Source: a virus. Taken from it: 64,000 bases of DNA. Position 1 is the stretch's first letter; the number at the start of each line of letters is the position of its first letter. The notes under the pieces are model-generated. The model saw only the letters and a program-made list of their open reading frames with translations. It was not told the DNA's origin and searched no databases. The translations under genes and the position numbers were made by a program. Shown piece after piece: positions 20,159 to 30,220 of this stretch. The stretch lies in the IMG/VR virus record IMGVR_UViG_3300043775_001834, positions 13,587 through 77,586 of that record; one strand, 5' to 3'.

Positions 20159-20686
20159 ATGAATCGTCTTTTAAAATTTGCTGATTTTGTTAATGAGGCA
20201 GTTAGCTTAGCTAAATTAAATCGAGTATATGCTATGACTCCGGAATGGTGGTCAGCTTGGAAGCTTGAAAATATAGAAAAGTACAATTTTGAACAGGATG
20301 CCTTTTCGAAAACTTTTAATGTATATGATGTAAATAAGAAATTAGTTTTTGTTTTTGATTATGCTAGAAGTAAAATATTTACTAACGAAACACCTTCTAC
20401 TTTTATTCTTCATGACGAATTAACTCAAGAAGAAATGAATAAAGTTAAGGATAAAGCAGAAAAAATACAAAATCCTGAAGCTTTAGATGCTCAAAAAGAT
20501 TTAAAAAGGGAATTAGAAAAAAATCCACCTAAGAAAAAAGAAGGCAAAGAAGTTGAAGAAGCTGAAATGGTCGGTACCGGAACATTAAATCCTGTATCTG
20601 CTGCAGATTCAAATCCTAAAGTTACTGGATATAGAAACACCACCGATTCTGCATCTGGAGGAAGTTACCCAACATATATTGGATAA
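20159..20686 (+). CDS. Putative internal head protein (start revised to ATG 20159)
   Basis: ATG 20159 gives MNRLLKFADFVNEA and removes the overlap with gp55. Confidence 0.6.
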   Translation: MNRLLKFADFVNEAVSLAKLNRVYAMTPEWWSAWKLENIEKYNFEQDAFSKTFNVYDVNKKLVFVFDYARSKIFTNETPSTFILHDELTQEEMNKVKDKAEKIQNPEALDAQKDLKRELEKNPPKKKEGKEVEEAEMVGTGTLNPVSAADSNPKVTGYRNTTDSASGGSYPTYIG

Positions 20687-20717
20687 ATATAAAAAACAAA
20701 AACAATAATAAATTAAA

Positions 20718-21074
20718 ATGAAAAAATTATTATCATTTGACGAGTTCGTAAACGAACATTACAAAATTCAAGAAGCTACCGACGCTGATGGATTTGACCC
20801 ACAAAATACTACCGGAGTAGATCCAACAGGACCAGCTTTAACTTCTGTTTCTGAATTACTTCCTGGTAAAGAATATGTTATCACTGTAGATGATACTGTT
20901 AATACTGATATGATATATCAAGGTGTAACTGATGGAGTTCACATTTTTAATGGTGAAGATAAAGCTAATGATATTCAGTATACTGATACTGAAATTGCTG
21001 ATGTTATCGCTAAAGGTGGATTTGTACAAGTTTTAGAAGGTAATTCTTCTGAAAGTGTAGCTACTGAAGAGTAA
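20718..21074 (+). CDS. Putative internal head protein
   Basis: Starts MKKLLSFDEFVNE; GATAAATA at 20682. Confidence 0.6.
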   Translation: MKKLLSFDEFVNEHYKIQEATDADGFDPQNTTGVDPTGPALTSVSELLPGKEYVITVDDTVNTDMIYQGVTDGVHIFNGEDKANDIQYTDTEIADVIAKGGFVQVLEGNSSESVATEE

Positions 21075-21082
21075 TTTAAACT

Positions 21083-21559
21083 ATGCATTCAATAAAAAGT
21101 AATAAACCTTCTAAAAAATCAGGGTTTATTCAAGGATATTTCAATATTAACGAATGCAAAAAATATTCAGGAAGTGGTCCTATCATATATCGATCTTCGT
21201 GGGAAAAGAAATTTTGTCTATATTGTGAAAGAAATCCGGAGATACTTAGTTGGTCTTCGGAATCTTTTTCAATCCCTTATTTTCTTCCGTTGGACAACAA
21301 ATATCATAAATACTTCCCTGACTACATATTGAGGCTTTCTAGTGGTGAAATTATCATCGTAGAAATTAAACCAAAAGCTCAATTACTAAAGCCAACTTTA
21401 CCTGTTAGAAAAACCGCTAAGGCATTAAATTCCTATAAATGGAGTTACGAAACTTGGATTACTAATCTAAGTAAAAAGAATGCCGCTGAAGCCTATTCTA
21501 AAGCTAGAGGTTGGAAATTCATATATGTTACGGAAGATTTTTTCAAAGGTAAATCATGA
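21083..21559 (+). CDS. gp4: Head completion nuclease (gp4, TnsA-like)
   Basis: IIYRSSWE, WSSE, YFPDY, VEIKP, F..VTE. Confidence 0.9.
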   Translation: MHSIKSNKPSKKSGFIQGYFNINECKKYSGSGPIIYRSSWEKKFCLYCERNPEILSWSSESFSIPYFLPLDNKYHKYFPDYILRLSSGEIIIVEIKPKAQLLKPTLPVRKTAKALNSYKWSYETWITNLSKKNAAEAYSKARGWKFIYVTEDFFKGKS

Positions 21560-22299
21560 ATCCAGTATTAGACTTTTTACAAGACATCATTAAGTTACTT
21601 ACTCTGCAATCTAAAATGGGTTCAGATAAAGAAGAAGAAGTAATTAATAATTCCAAGGATGCATACAAATGGCTGATGGATCAGATGAAGGATTCTAGAA
21701 ATACTCGGGTTCAAATCAATAAAGATTCAGGATTCCAAAAGGGTAAGATTTACATTTTTAAATATAACGCAAAACATAAATCTACTTTAGATTATTGGGA
21801 TAAACATCCAATAGTTTTGTGTTTAGGTATGATTAATACTTCTAAAGGAAAACTAATGATAGGTTTAAATATTAGTTGGTATCCGCCAGCTGCTAGAAAA
21901 TATATCGTAGAAAAGATTAGACTTATGTATAAGCCAGGTTATTCTTCTGCAATTAAGGCTAAATCCTTAAAAGCTAATGAGCAACCTCCGATTGCTCTCG
22001 ATTTATACTCTTTACAAACTGCTCTCGATCAAGTTGGTCTATCGTTTGCTTTAAGGCAATACATTCCTTCATTAGTAATTTCACCGAAAGTCTGTATATG
22101 TTATGAAGATTGGGATAAAGCAGTACAACTCGATCAACCTAGAATATTTCCTGAACTTATGATAAATGCTTCAGGTACTAGTTTAAGTAGTATTTATGAA
22201 GATTATGAGAAACATATTCAATATCTACGTAATAATAGAGGCGAGATTAAAGCATCTAGAGATATTGCTAAAAAGAAAAATAAATACACTTTTCTATAG
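21556..22299 (+). CDS. gp2: DNA end protector protein (gp2-like)
   Basis: GKIYIFKYNAKHK..LDYWDKHP, GLNISWYPP..R. Confidence 0.8.
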   Translation: MNPVLDFLQDIIKLLTLQSKMGSDKEEEVINNSKDAYKWLMDQMKDSRNTRVQINKDSGFQKGKIYIFKYNAKHKSTLDYWDKHPIVLCLGMINTSKGKLMIGLNISWYPPAARKYIVEKIRLMYKPGYSSAIKAKSLKANEQPPIALDLYSLQTALDQVGLSFALRQYIPSLVISPKVCICYEDWDKAVQLDQPRIFPELMINASGTSLSSIYEDYEKHIQYLRNNRGEIKASRDIAKKKNKYTFL

Positions 22300-22346
22300 T
22301 AATCATTTCAACACGAATATATACTTAAACCCATAATAATAAACTT

Positions 22347-23960
22347 ATGCCAGGATTTGTAAATAGAGACGAAACCTCAAACGGTAAACCAACACCAGCT
22401 TCGAGAAACATCGTCAGTAAAGCACTTAAATCATTATCTTCCTTCGGGATGATGTATGATGATATGGTGCTGAAGAATTCTAAAGCTATCGGTATCAATG
22501 AAGACCAATATGGTTGGAGACTTGATCCGAGAAATGTTGCTGGAGGTGAATATGATGATTATGCACTTTTTGCTAATTTGTCAATGACCGACATCAATCT
22601 TCGTAAATCAATTTCCATCTTTGATAAATCATACCCTAAGAAAAGAGAAGACCTTAGAAAATTCGCTATCCAAGATGAGATAGAAGATATTCTTGATACT
22701 CTTTGTGATGAGTGTGTAGTTTATGACGACAAAAATTACTTTTGTATGCCATTATCTTTTGATGATGATACATTAGAACCTACAACATTAGAAGCAGTTA
22801 AAATCGCTTTAGATACTAATTTTAAAAGAATCTATCAATATTTTGGATTCAATAATGATATTGCCGCTTGGTCTTATTTTAGAAAATGGTTAGTTGATGG
22901 TTATCTTGCATTTGAGATAATCTATGACAAAGAACAATCTCGAATCATCGGATTCAAAGAACTTGATCCGATAAATCTTGAACCTGGAATTGACAAAGAA
23001 GGTAAGAAAATTTGGAAACAATTTAAAGGTATGCCAAATAAAGAGAGAGTTGTTTATGATTCTCAGGTTATTTACATCTCTTATGCTAACGTTAATACCG
23101 TAAATCGAGTTTCTTATGTTGAAAGACTTATTCGTTCTTTTAACTTACTTAGGATTATGGAACACTCAAGAGTTATTTGGGCTACCGTTAATGCTTCGTT
23201 TAAAACTAAGTTCGTAATTCCAGTTGGTGGTAAATCGAAAACTAGAGCAAAACAATCTCTTGGAGTTTTAATGCAAAACTACAGAGAGCAAATAGATTTT
23301 GATACTGAATCAGGCGAATTAAAAGTTAATGGTAAAGCAATGATGCCATTTAACAAAGAATATTGGTTACCATCAGGTGATGCTGGTGAACCTACAATTG
23401 AGACTATCGGAAACGATGGTCCAGACCTTTCAGATACTGATGCTCTTAAATATTTCAGAGAGAAATTAATTAAAGTATCTAAAATTCCACTTTCTCGTTT
23501 TGATATGGAATCCCCACCTTCATGGGAAATGAATGCTGAGGGTATGACTAGAGATGAGATTAAATTTGGACGTTTTGTTACTCGTTTACGTTCAGTTTTT
23601 CAAGAAATACTTACAAAACCACTTTGGATTCAAATGTGTTTGGACTTCCCTGAAATAAAGGAAGATGATGCATTTAAAGCCCAAATCGGGGTAAAATACA
23701 ACACAATGAACATCTTTGAAGAGATGAAAGAAATCGAAATCTTACAGAAAAGATTAGATTTCGTAACTTCAATGAAAGATGGTCTTGTTGATACAGATGC
23801 AAACATGAATGAAATAAAATACTTTGCATCGGAATTCTTAATTCAAAGATTCTTAGGTTTATCCAACGACGATTTACGTCTTAATAAGAAACTAAAAGGT
23901 ATCGAAGATGTAGAAAGAAGAGAAGCTGCAAAAAAGGATGCCGAAGCAACTGGAATGTAA
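22347..23960 (+). CDS. gp20: Portal protein (gp20)
   Basis: FRKWLVDG, ELDP, SYVERL.RSFNLLRIME, EYWLP, YF..KL..VSKIP.SRF, RDEIKF.RFV.RLR. Confidence 0.95.
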   Translation: MPGFVNRDETSNGKPTPASRNIVSKALKSLSSFGMMYDDMVLKNSKAIGINEDQYGWRLDPRNVAGGEYDDYALFANLSMTDINLRKSISIFDKSYPKKREDLRKFAIQDEIEDILDTLCDECVVYDDKNYFCMPLSFDDDTLEPTTLEAVKIALDTNFKRIYQYFGFNNDIAAWSYFRKWLVDGYLAFEIIYDKEQSRIIGFKELDPINLEPGIDKEGKKIWKQFKGMPNKERVVYDSQVIYISYANVNTVNRVSYVERLIRSFNLLRIMEHSRVIWATVNASFKTKFVIPVGGKSKTRAKQSLGVLMQNYREQIDFDTESGELKVNGKAMMPFNKEYWLPSGDAGEPTIETIGNDGPDLSDTDALKYFREKLIKVSKIPLSRFDMESPPSWEMNAEGMTRDEIKFGRFVTRLRSVFQEILTKPLWIQMCLDFPEIKEDDAFKAQIGVKYNTMNIFEEMKEIEILQKRLDFVTSMKDGLVDTDANMNEIKYFASEFLIQRFLGLSNDDLRLNKKLKGIEDVERREAAKKDAEATGM

Positions 23961-24016
23961 TTGAATTTCCATTGTTTCCAAACGTCATTGATATATAACT
24001 AAAAATAGAAGCCATA

Positions 24017-25930
24017 ATGAGCAATAATAAATATCTACTTGTATTAGAAAGATCGGAAGGAAATCTTACATCTTCTAAGGATGGAGATAAATATGTGTTG
24101 GAAGGTGTTTTCACCGAAATAGGCATTAGAAACAAGAATAATCGTATTTACGATGAAGCTGAGTTAATGCCACACATACAAGACTTACAAGAAAAACTTA
24201 AAGGTAATAAATTACTTGGAGAACTTGACCACCCTAAATCTTTTGATATATCGTTAAAGAATGCTTCGCATATTATTGAAGACATTCAATACGATAAAGC
24301 TAGCAAAAAAGTTACTGGTAGAATCAGATTACTTAATACTGATGCTGGAAAACAAGCAATGGCATTAGTAGATGCTGGTGTACCTCTTCATATTTCATCT
24401 AGAGCTGCCGGTGTTGTTGAATCTAATGGCCATGTTAAAATTAAAAAAATGTTTACTTATGATTTAGTTGCAGATCCTGGATTTGCTAATGCCGAATTAA
24501 AAAGAGTAAACGAATCTTTTGGATTAGACAATGATTCATTGACTCAGATCTACGAAATAGAATCTGATTTGAGTGAATCTGATATGCCAGTTTTAATCTA
24601 TCAACAAGAAGAAACACCCCAAACCACAATAAACGAAACAAAAAACGACAAAATGGATCCTAAAAAATACATTACCGTTGAAGATTTTAACGAATATACT
24701 AAACATGTTAAAAACGAAGTAGAAAATCTTAAAAAGTCTTTAACCGAATCATCAGCTAAAGATTCTTCATCTGTTAATGAAGGATTGATACGTTACACCG
24801 AAGAAACTGCAAAAAGAGTTAATCAAATTAATTCTTATGTTGAAAAACTAGCAGAATCAGTTGATGGTTTAATTTCTCATAATGATTATATCATTGAAAA
24901 CCTTGAAAGAGTTAAAAACTATGCTGAATTAGTTGGTGAAAAATCTAATCAAGGAATTAACTACTCAGAAAAACTTTCTGAATCAGTTGACCACTTAATT
25001 GAGTATACTAAATTAGTTGCTGAAATGAGCGATAGAGGTATTGAATATACTAAAGTAGTTGCAGAAAAAGCAGATCAAGGAATTGAATTTAGTAAATATC
25101 TTGCTAACGAATCTAATTCACGTTGGACTTATCAACAACATATGAATGAACAATTAGATAATGTAATTTCTCATAATGATTATATTGTTGAAGGTACATC
25201 ATCAATCATTGAATATACTGAATACTTAAAAGAAAATACTCAAAATCTTGCAGGTTACCTTAATCATATCGTTAAAGAAATTAATGAAGGTAAAGTTACT
25301 GGTTTAGAAAATGCTGAATCGATTGATGAAAACGCTATCGTATATTCCACTCCAAATAGGTCAATCTTAGCTAAGGTTGAAGGTAACGAAGAAGATGCAT
25401 TCGAAAAATCTTTAACTGACAAATTGAATACTATTTTAGAAAGCGCTAAATCAGTTAACGAATCAGTAGATGCTAACAAATTACACTTCTTAAATTTCCT
25501 ATCAGAAAATAAAAGAAATCAATTTGAGTCATTAACTCCTGAGAAAAAAGACGAAGTTATTGCAGCTTTTGAAGGTAATAAATTTTATGGATCAGTTGAT
25601 GCTGAAAGATTATACGAATCAGTATTTATTGGATTTAAACCGGTTACAAATTGGTTAACTAATATTCCTGCTAAATATAAAGATTCTTGGAATGGTTTAA
25701 ATGAATCACAAAAGAATGCTATTAAGGCTCAAGCTTCAGTAAAAGTTTTAGATAACCAATATAAAATCGATGATTTCTGGGCTACCAGAGATTTAAGATC
25801 TGTAAAAGTTGATGCTCCATTAAATGAAGGTGCTGCACCGGCAATTGTTAATGAGTCTGCAGAATATAAAACTCCAGCTAATTATATGGACACTGTACAG
25901 GCTGAATTAAGAAGAAGATTTAACAGATAA
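24017..25930 (+). CDS. gp21: Prohead protease (gp21) fused to a scaffold-like coiled coil
   Basis: LEGVF, NKNNRIY, LGELDHP, ASHII, ISSRAAG, YDLVADPG, followed by about 14-aa helical repeats. Confidence 0.9.
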   Translation: MSNNKYLLVLERSEGNLTSSKDGDKYVLEGVFTEIGIRNKNNRIYDEAELMPHIQDLQEKLKGNKLLGELDHPKSFDISLKNASHIIEDIQYDKASKKVTGRIRLLNTDAGKQAMALVDAGVPLHISSRAAGVVESNGHVKIKKMFTYDLVADPGFANAELKRVNESFGLDNDSLTQIYEIESDLSESDMPVLIYQQEETPQTTINETKNDKMDPKKYITVEDFNEYTKHVKNEVENLKKSLTESSAKDSSSVNEGLIRYTEETAKRVNQINSYVEKLAESVDGLISHNDYIIENLERVKNYAELVGEKSNQGINYSEKLSESVDHLIEYTKLVAEMSDRGIEYTKVVAEKADQGIEFSKYLANESNSRWTYQQHMNEQLDNVISHNDYIVEGTSSIIEYTEYLKENTQNLAGYLNHIVKEINEGKVTGLENAESIDENAIVYSTPNRSILAKVEGNEEDAFEKSLTDKLNTILESAKSVNESVDANKLHFLNFLSENKRNQFESLTPEKKDEVIAAFEGNKFYGSVDAERLYESVFIGFKPVTNWLTNIPAKYKDSWNGLNESQKNAIKAQASVKVLDNQYKIDDFWATRDLRSVKVDAPLNEGAAPAIVNESAEYKTPANYMDTVQAELRRRFNR

Positions 25931-25954
25931 TAAATTATATTTTTAAATTATTTC

Positions 25955-25982
25955 AAAAACTCATCAGAAATGGTGAGTTTTT
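25955..25982 (+). terminator. Intrinsic terminator after protease/scaffold gene
   Basis: AAAAACTCATC / GGTGAGTTTTT inverted repeat. Confidence 0.7.
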
Positions 25983-26099
25983 GTGCTAGAAATAAAAAAT
26001 CTAAGGCGACTTAGATATATACTTAAACGCTAAATACTGCTAAAACACAAAAAGCATCAGCGTAAAAATCAAAACACAAAACAAAATAAAACATTTTAA

Positions 26100-27722
26100 A
26101 TGTATTTAATTAACGAACAAGAAATATTCGGTAAATGGGCTCCAATCATTGAGTCTACTACAGGAATTCAAGAGCGTTCTAGAGTAGAGTGGATGTCTAA
26201 ATACTGTCATTACCATGAATTGTATGAAAACAATAACTTAGCTCAATTAGGCGCAGTAAACGGTATGGGAGCTACAAGATTCCCTGACAGTCCTGGAAGT
26301 CAATCTGCTTTCGCAGACCAAACTACAGGTTCAGGTGATAAAGCTCACACACTTCTTCCATTAGCAATGCAAGTTGCTGCTCAAACTATCGGTCTTGACT
26401 TGGTACCAGTTGTACCAATGCCTGGTCCAATGGGTGTATTAACATATTTAGACTTCGTATATGCTGGTGGTCAAACATCTTCTACTACAAATGCTCCATT
26501 GTTAATCAAAATAAACTACGGTTCTACTGCAGTTCCTGCATTCGTAGTTGGTGGAACTTCTGCTGCTACTAATGGTGTTACTCTTGCTTATGTTGGAGCT
26601 TCACGTTTAGATGGTTATCCAATCTTCCACGTTAGAGGTACTCTTTCTGGTGCTACAATCCTTGCAACTTATGCTACTATCTTAGGTGCTTCTGGTATCT
26701 CTGGTGTAACTGGTGCTTCTACTGGATTAAACGTAGAATTAGTAAAAGCTTTAGAAGACCACATTACCGGTTTCTCAGGTACTGCTTTAACAAGCAATGA
26801 TTATACAGGTTCTGATATTAACGATCCTTACTCTAGAAGTTTAGGTGAGTCTACTATGGACAATGTAATGAACTTAAGTCTTTTCAACAAATCAGTTGAA
26901 GCTAAAACTTTCCAAGTTGCAGCTGCTGTTACTAGAGAGCAAGTTCAAGATTTGAAACAATTCGGAGTAGATGCTGTATCTCAAGTAGAATCAGTACTTA
27001 TCAATGAATTGACTCAATCAATCAACAAAAACATCCTTTCTAGATTATTTGCTCTTGGAGAAACTAACCACAAAAATGTTGTTAATTCTCAAGGAATCAA
27101 CTTCTTCTTGAACATTGGTGCTACTTCAGTTGTTGTATCAGGTACATCTGCTAACACTCAAACTAACTTTGGTGCTTACATCCAAGATACTACTCTTAGA
27201 GCTGCAACTATTCTTGCTTCTGAGGTTACAAACTCAGCTTCTGAGAATCTTTCAACTCGTCAGAGAAAAATTATGTCTAAGATCCTTGCAATCGCTAACC
27301 TTATTGCAATTAGAGGTCGTAGAGGACCAGCTACTTTCATCGTTACAAACGGTCAAGTATGTTCTGCTCTTCAAGATATAGCTGGTTTCGTTCCTGCTCC
27401 TATGGCTAATACTATTAACCAAATGAGTGGTTCACTTTACCCAATTGGAACTGTTGCAGGTCTTGCTATCTACAACGATCCTAACATGGCTTGGAACGAT
27501 ACTCGTTTCTTAGTTGGACGTAAAGGTGATGGTAACTCTCCAGGTTTAGTATTCATGCCTTACTTAATGGCTGAATCAGTACAAACAATTGCTGAAGGAA
27601 CTATGGCTCCTAAAGTTGCTGTTAAATCAAGATACGCTTTAGTTGAAGCTGGTTTCCACCCAGAAACTATGTATATCACTTCAGGTGTATTTATGTCTAG
27701 CCTTCTTGGTTCTTTAGTATAA
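26100..27722 (+). CDS. gp23: Major capsid protein (gp23)
   Basis: KWAPII, DLVPVVPM.GP.G, KSVEAKT, QDLK, LINEL...INK.I, FMPY, KSRYAL. Confidence 0.96.
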   Translation: MYLINEQEIFGKWAPIIESTTGIQERSRVEWMSKYCHYHELYENNNLAQLGAVNGMGATRFPDSPGSQSAFADQTTGSGDKAHTLLPLAMQVAAQTIGLDLVPVVPMPGPMGVLTYLDFVYAGGQTSSTTNAPLLIKINYGSTAVPAFVVGGTSAATNGVTLAYVGASRLDGYPIFHVRGTLSGATILATYATILGASGISGVTGASTGLNVELVKALEDHITGFSGTALTSNDYTGSDINDPYSRSLGESTMDNVMNLSLFNKSVEAKTFQVAAAVTREQVQDLKQFGVDAVSQVESVLINELTQSINKNILSRLFALGETNHKNVVNSQGINFFLNIGATSVVVSGTSANTQTNFGAYIQDTTLRAATILASEVTNSASENLSTRQRKIMSKILAIANLIAIRGRRGPATFIVTNGQVCSALQDIAGFVPAPMANTINQMSGSLYPIGTVAGLAIYNDPNMAWNDTRFLVGRKGDGNSPGLVFMPYLMAESVQTIAEGTMAPKVAVKSRYALVEAGFHPETMYITSGVFMSSLLGSLV

Positions 27723-27743
27723 TCTTTATGCTTCATATATTTC

Positions 27744-27775
27744 AAAGAGCTCTTCTCACGAAGAGCTCTTTTTTT
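27744..27775 (+). terminator. Intrinsic terminator after MCP
   Basis: Perfect 12-bp stem AAAGAGCTCTTC-TCAC-GAAGAGCTCTTT plus T tract. Confidence 0.9.
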
Positions 27776-27824
27776 GTCACAAATTCTAGAGATATATAAT
27801 TAAATTGAATAGTAACCCTATATT

Positions 27825-28370
27825 ATGACCTTTATTCTACCTACAAATGTTCTCGGTATACAAAACGAGATGAAAAACTATAAACAATTATGTTTACAGT
27901 ATGATTATACTCCAGCACAAAAAGAATATGAAGATATTGTTAGATTCATATTGTTATTTTCTGGAGACGGAATCAGCGAATCTATAATAAATGAAAATTC
28001 ATCAACACTAGATTATCTTTATGAGTCTTTTATAGAGGACCTAAACGAAGCTCATTCATCAACCGATGGAGAAGCTGAATGGGACACCGCAGCTGGAGCA
28101 GCAATTGGTACAGTTAAAAAGGCTGGTGCAATAGCAACTGCTGGTGCAGTAGCAGTAGGAGCTGGAGCAGTTTTAGCAGCTGCGAGTATTGGTTCTTGGA
28201 TTTCTTATATGTTTAAGAAGGGTAAAGTTAAAAAGGCAGTAAATAAAGAATATGATGCCGCAGACACACAACTTAATGATTATGCAAAAATATATCAACT
28301 CAAATCAAAAAAAGCAGAGTTAGAAGGAAGAGAAGCTCCTAAAGGTGATTTTCCGGGATATCCAGGCTAA
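27825..28370 (+). CDS. Late hypothetical protein with Ala/Gly-rich hydrophobic segment
   Basis: GATATATA at 27791; AGAIATAGAVAVGAGAVLAAASIG segment; INE/LNE sites. Confidence 0.6.
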   Translation: MTFILPTNVLGIQNEMKNYKQLCLQYDYTPAQKEYEDIVRFILLFSGDGISESIINENSSTLDYLYESFIEDLNEAHSSTDGEAEWDTAAGAAIGTVKKAGAIATAGAVAVGAGAVLAAASIGSWISYMFKKGKVKKAVNKEYDAADTQLNDYAKIYQLKSKKAELEGREAPKGDFPGYPG

Positions 28371-28380
28371 TATTATAAAT

Positions 28381-29718
28381 ATGAAAACTAATACTATATT
28401 TGAAAATCTTCTACTTTCCATGTATGAGAAGGCTATTAACGAAAATGAAGAGGTAGATGCCATTACAAAAAAGATTACCGATCTTCGAGCTGAACTTGAA
28501 AAAATGAAAGGAGATACCGGAGATTCTGCTACATCTAAAAGAGTAAATATCAATAGCGAAATAGATAAACTCGGTAAGGAAAAAGAAGAAGCAAAGAAAA
28601 ATTCTGAAGATACACCTGATGAGGAACCTGAAGAAGATAATAGCAAAGAAATAGAAGCTCAAAAGAAACATATTTCTGATTTAGAAGATAAAATCGAAAC
28701 TACTAAAGAAAAGGCAAAAGATCCTAAAAGTCCTCTAAATAATCCTAAAGTTTTACAAAAAGCATTAGAACCCGAAGAAGCTAAATTAAGTGAACTTAAA
28801 AATAAATTAGCAGATTTAGAAAAAACTACAAAGAAGCCCGAAACTAAAACCGGAACTGAAGTTGAACCGGAAAAGAAAGTTGAACCTGAAAAGAAACTTG
28901 AACCTGAAACTGAAGGTGAACCTGGAGAGAAAGAAGATGAAGGTGATGCAGAAATGAAAGCAAAAAATAAAGAGGCAATTGAGAAGTTAGATGCTCAAAT
29001 TAAATCTTTAGAAAAGACTTATGATGATAAAAAGGAATCTACTACCGAGCTTATCAATGCAGCAAAAGAAACTACTGATAAATTAGCTTCTAGCGATATG
29101 TTAAAAACTCTAGTGTCTAAAACTCGTTTAGAAAATAAACTAAAATATCAGAAAAAGATTTTATCAATCGTTGAAGACGATAAAGCTAGAAAAGAATTGT
29201 CAGAAATTGTTAAAAAAGAAGAAGCTGCTTTATCAAAATTGAATACTGAAATCGAAGATGCTCAAAAGAAAGCCGACGAAAAAGGTAAAGACAATCCTGA
29301 ATATCAAGAGGCAAAAGAAGCTGCTAAGAAAGCTGATCTTCCTGATTCAACTAAAGATACTGAAAAACGAGGTAATAAAGATATCGATTCTTCGGAAATT
29401 GAAGATAGAGACAAAGATGCAATGATACAATATAAGCTTAAAATTGCATTAGAAAAACAAAAGGGAATATCTACCGCTTGGCAGAAGAAGCAAGATGAAG
29501 TAGCAGAAACAGAAGACGAAGATAAAAAAGCTTCTCTTCAAAAAGCCGCTGACGCTATTGAAAAGAATTTAGATGCTATTAAAACTAGAATAGAAAATCT
29601 TGAAAACGGTATTGATGAGGCGTCAGATACAGAAATTTGGACTATCATGGCAATGATAAATTTAGTTGAGCAACAAATTGAAAATTTCAGTAACGAATTC
29701 ATTCCTTTGAATGGCTAA
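28381..29718 (+). CDS. Highly charged coiled-coil protein, probably internal head (start revised to ATG 28381)
   Basis: K/E-rich; ATG follows the previous stop; 18-nt tandem units at 28861-28932 (VEPEKK VEPEKK LEPETE GEPGEK). Confidence 0.65.
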   Translation: MKTNTIFENLLLSMYEKAINENEEVDAITKKITDLRAELEKMKGDTGDSATSKRVNINSEIDKLGKEKEEAKKNSEDTPDEEPEEDNSKEIEAQKKHISDLEDKIETTKEKAKDPKSPLNNPKVLQKALEPEEAKLSELKNKLADLEKTTKKPETKTGTEVEPEKKVEPEKKLEPETEGEPGEKEDEGDAEMKAKNKEAIEKLDAQIKSLEKTYDDKKESTTELINAAKETTDKLASSDMLKTLVSKTRLENKLKYQKKILSIVEDDKARKELSEIVKKEEAALSKLNTEIEDAQKKADEKGKDNPEYQEAKEAAKKADLPDSTKDTEKRGNKDIDSSEIEDRDKDAMIQYKLKIALEKQKGISTAWQKKQDEVAETEDEDKKASLQKAADAIEKNLDAIKTRIENLENGIDEASDTEIWTIMAMINLVEQQIENFSNEFIPLNG

Positions 29719-30220
29719 TTATCATATAAAAAGACAGAACTTAGGTAAAACTCCTACTAAATATGGAATCGTACTTAAAGGACTTCCACCTAGGCATCAA
29801 CGAATATTAAAGGAAAATCCAGTAATTAAGAAATATGCTGATGATGACCTTTTCATTAATGCCATATTTAGGATCGAAGATGGGAGAATAAGAGTATCTC
29901 ATTTGAATCGGCCATTTGTTCAACCAGGGTCAAAAGACATATCATCTTATTCATCCGTTAAAGACTCATATAAAGTATTTGATTGGAACTGTGCTTATTG
30001 CAATAAAGAAATTCAATCTCGAATAGACACATATGTTCCGAGTAATTTTACTTGTGAAAAATGTTTCAAATACTACCTTAAGGGTAATGAAAAAATTGAC
30101 CAACGAGTTATTGAATCTTCATTAGCTTTTACCGAAAAATGTAAGAGAATGATGATAGATAATCAGAAATCATTCATAAAATATATACGAAAAAATGAAA
30201 AACCGTCTCGCATACTTTAA
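29711..30220 (+). CDS. Zinc-finger hypothetical protein
   Basis: CAYC...CEKC; overlaps both neighbours. Confidence 0.6.
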   Translation: MANYHIKRQNLGKTPTKYGIVLKGLPPRHQRILKENPVIKKYADDDLFINAIFRIEDGRIRVSHLNRPFVQPGSKDISSYSSVKDSYKVFDWNCAYCNKEIQSRIDTYVPSNFTCEKCFKYYLKGNEKIDQRVIESSLAFTEKCKRMMIDNQKSFIKYIRKNEKPSRIL

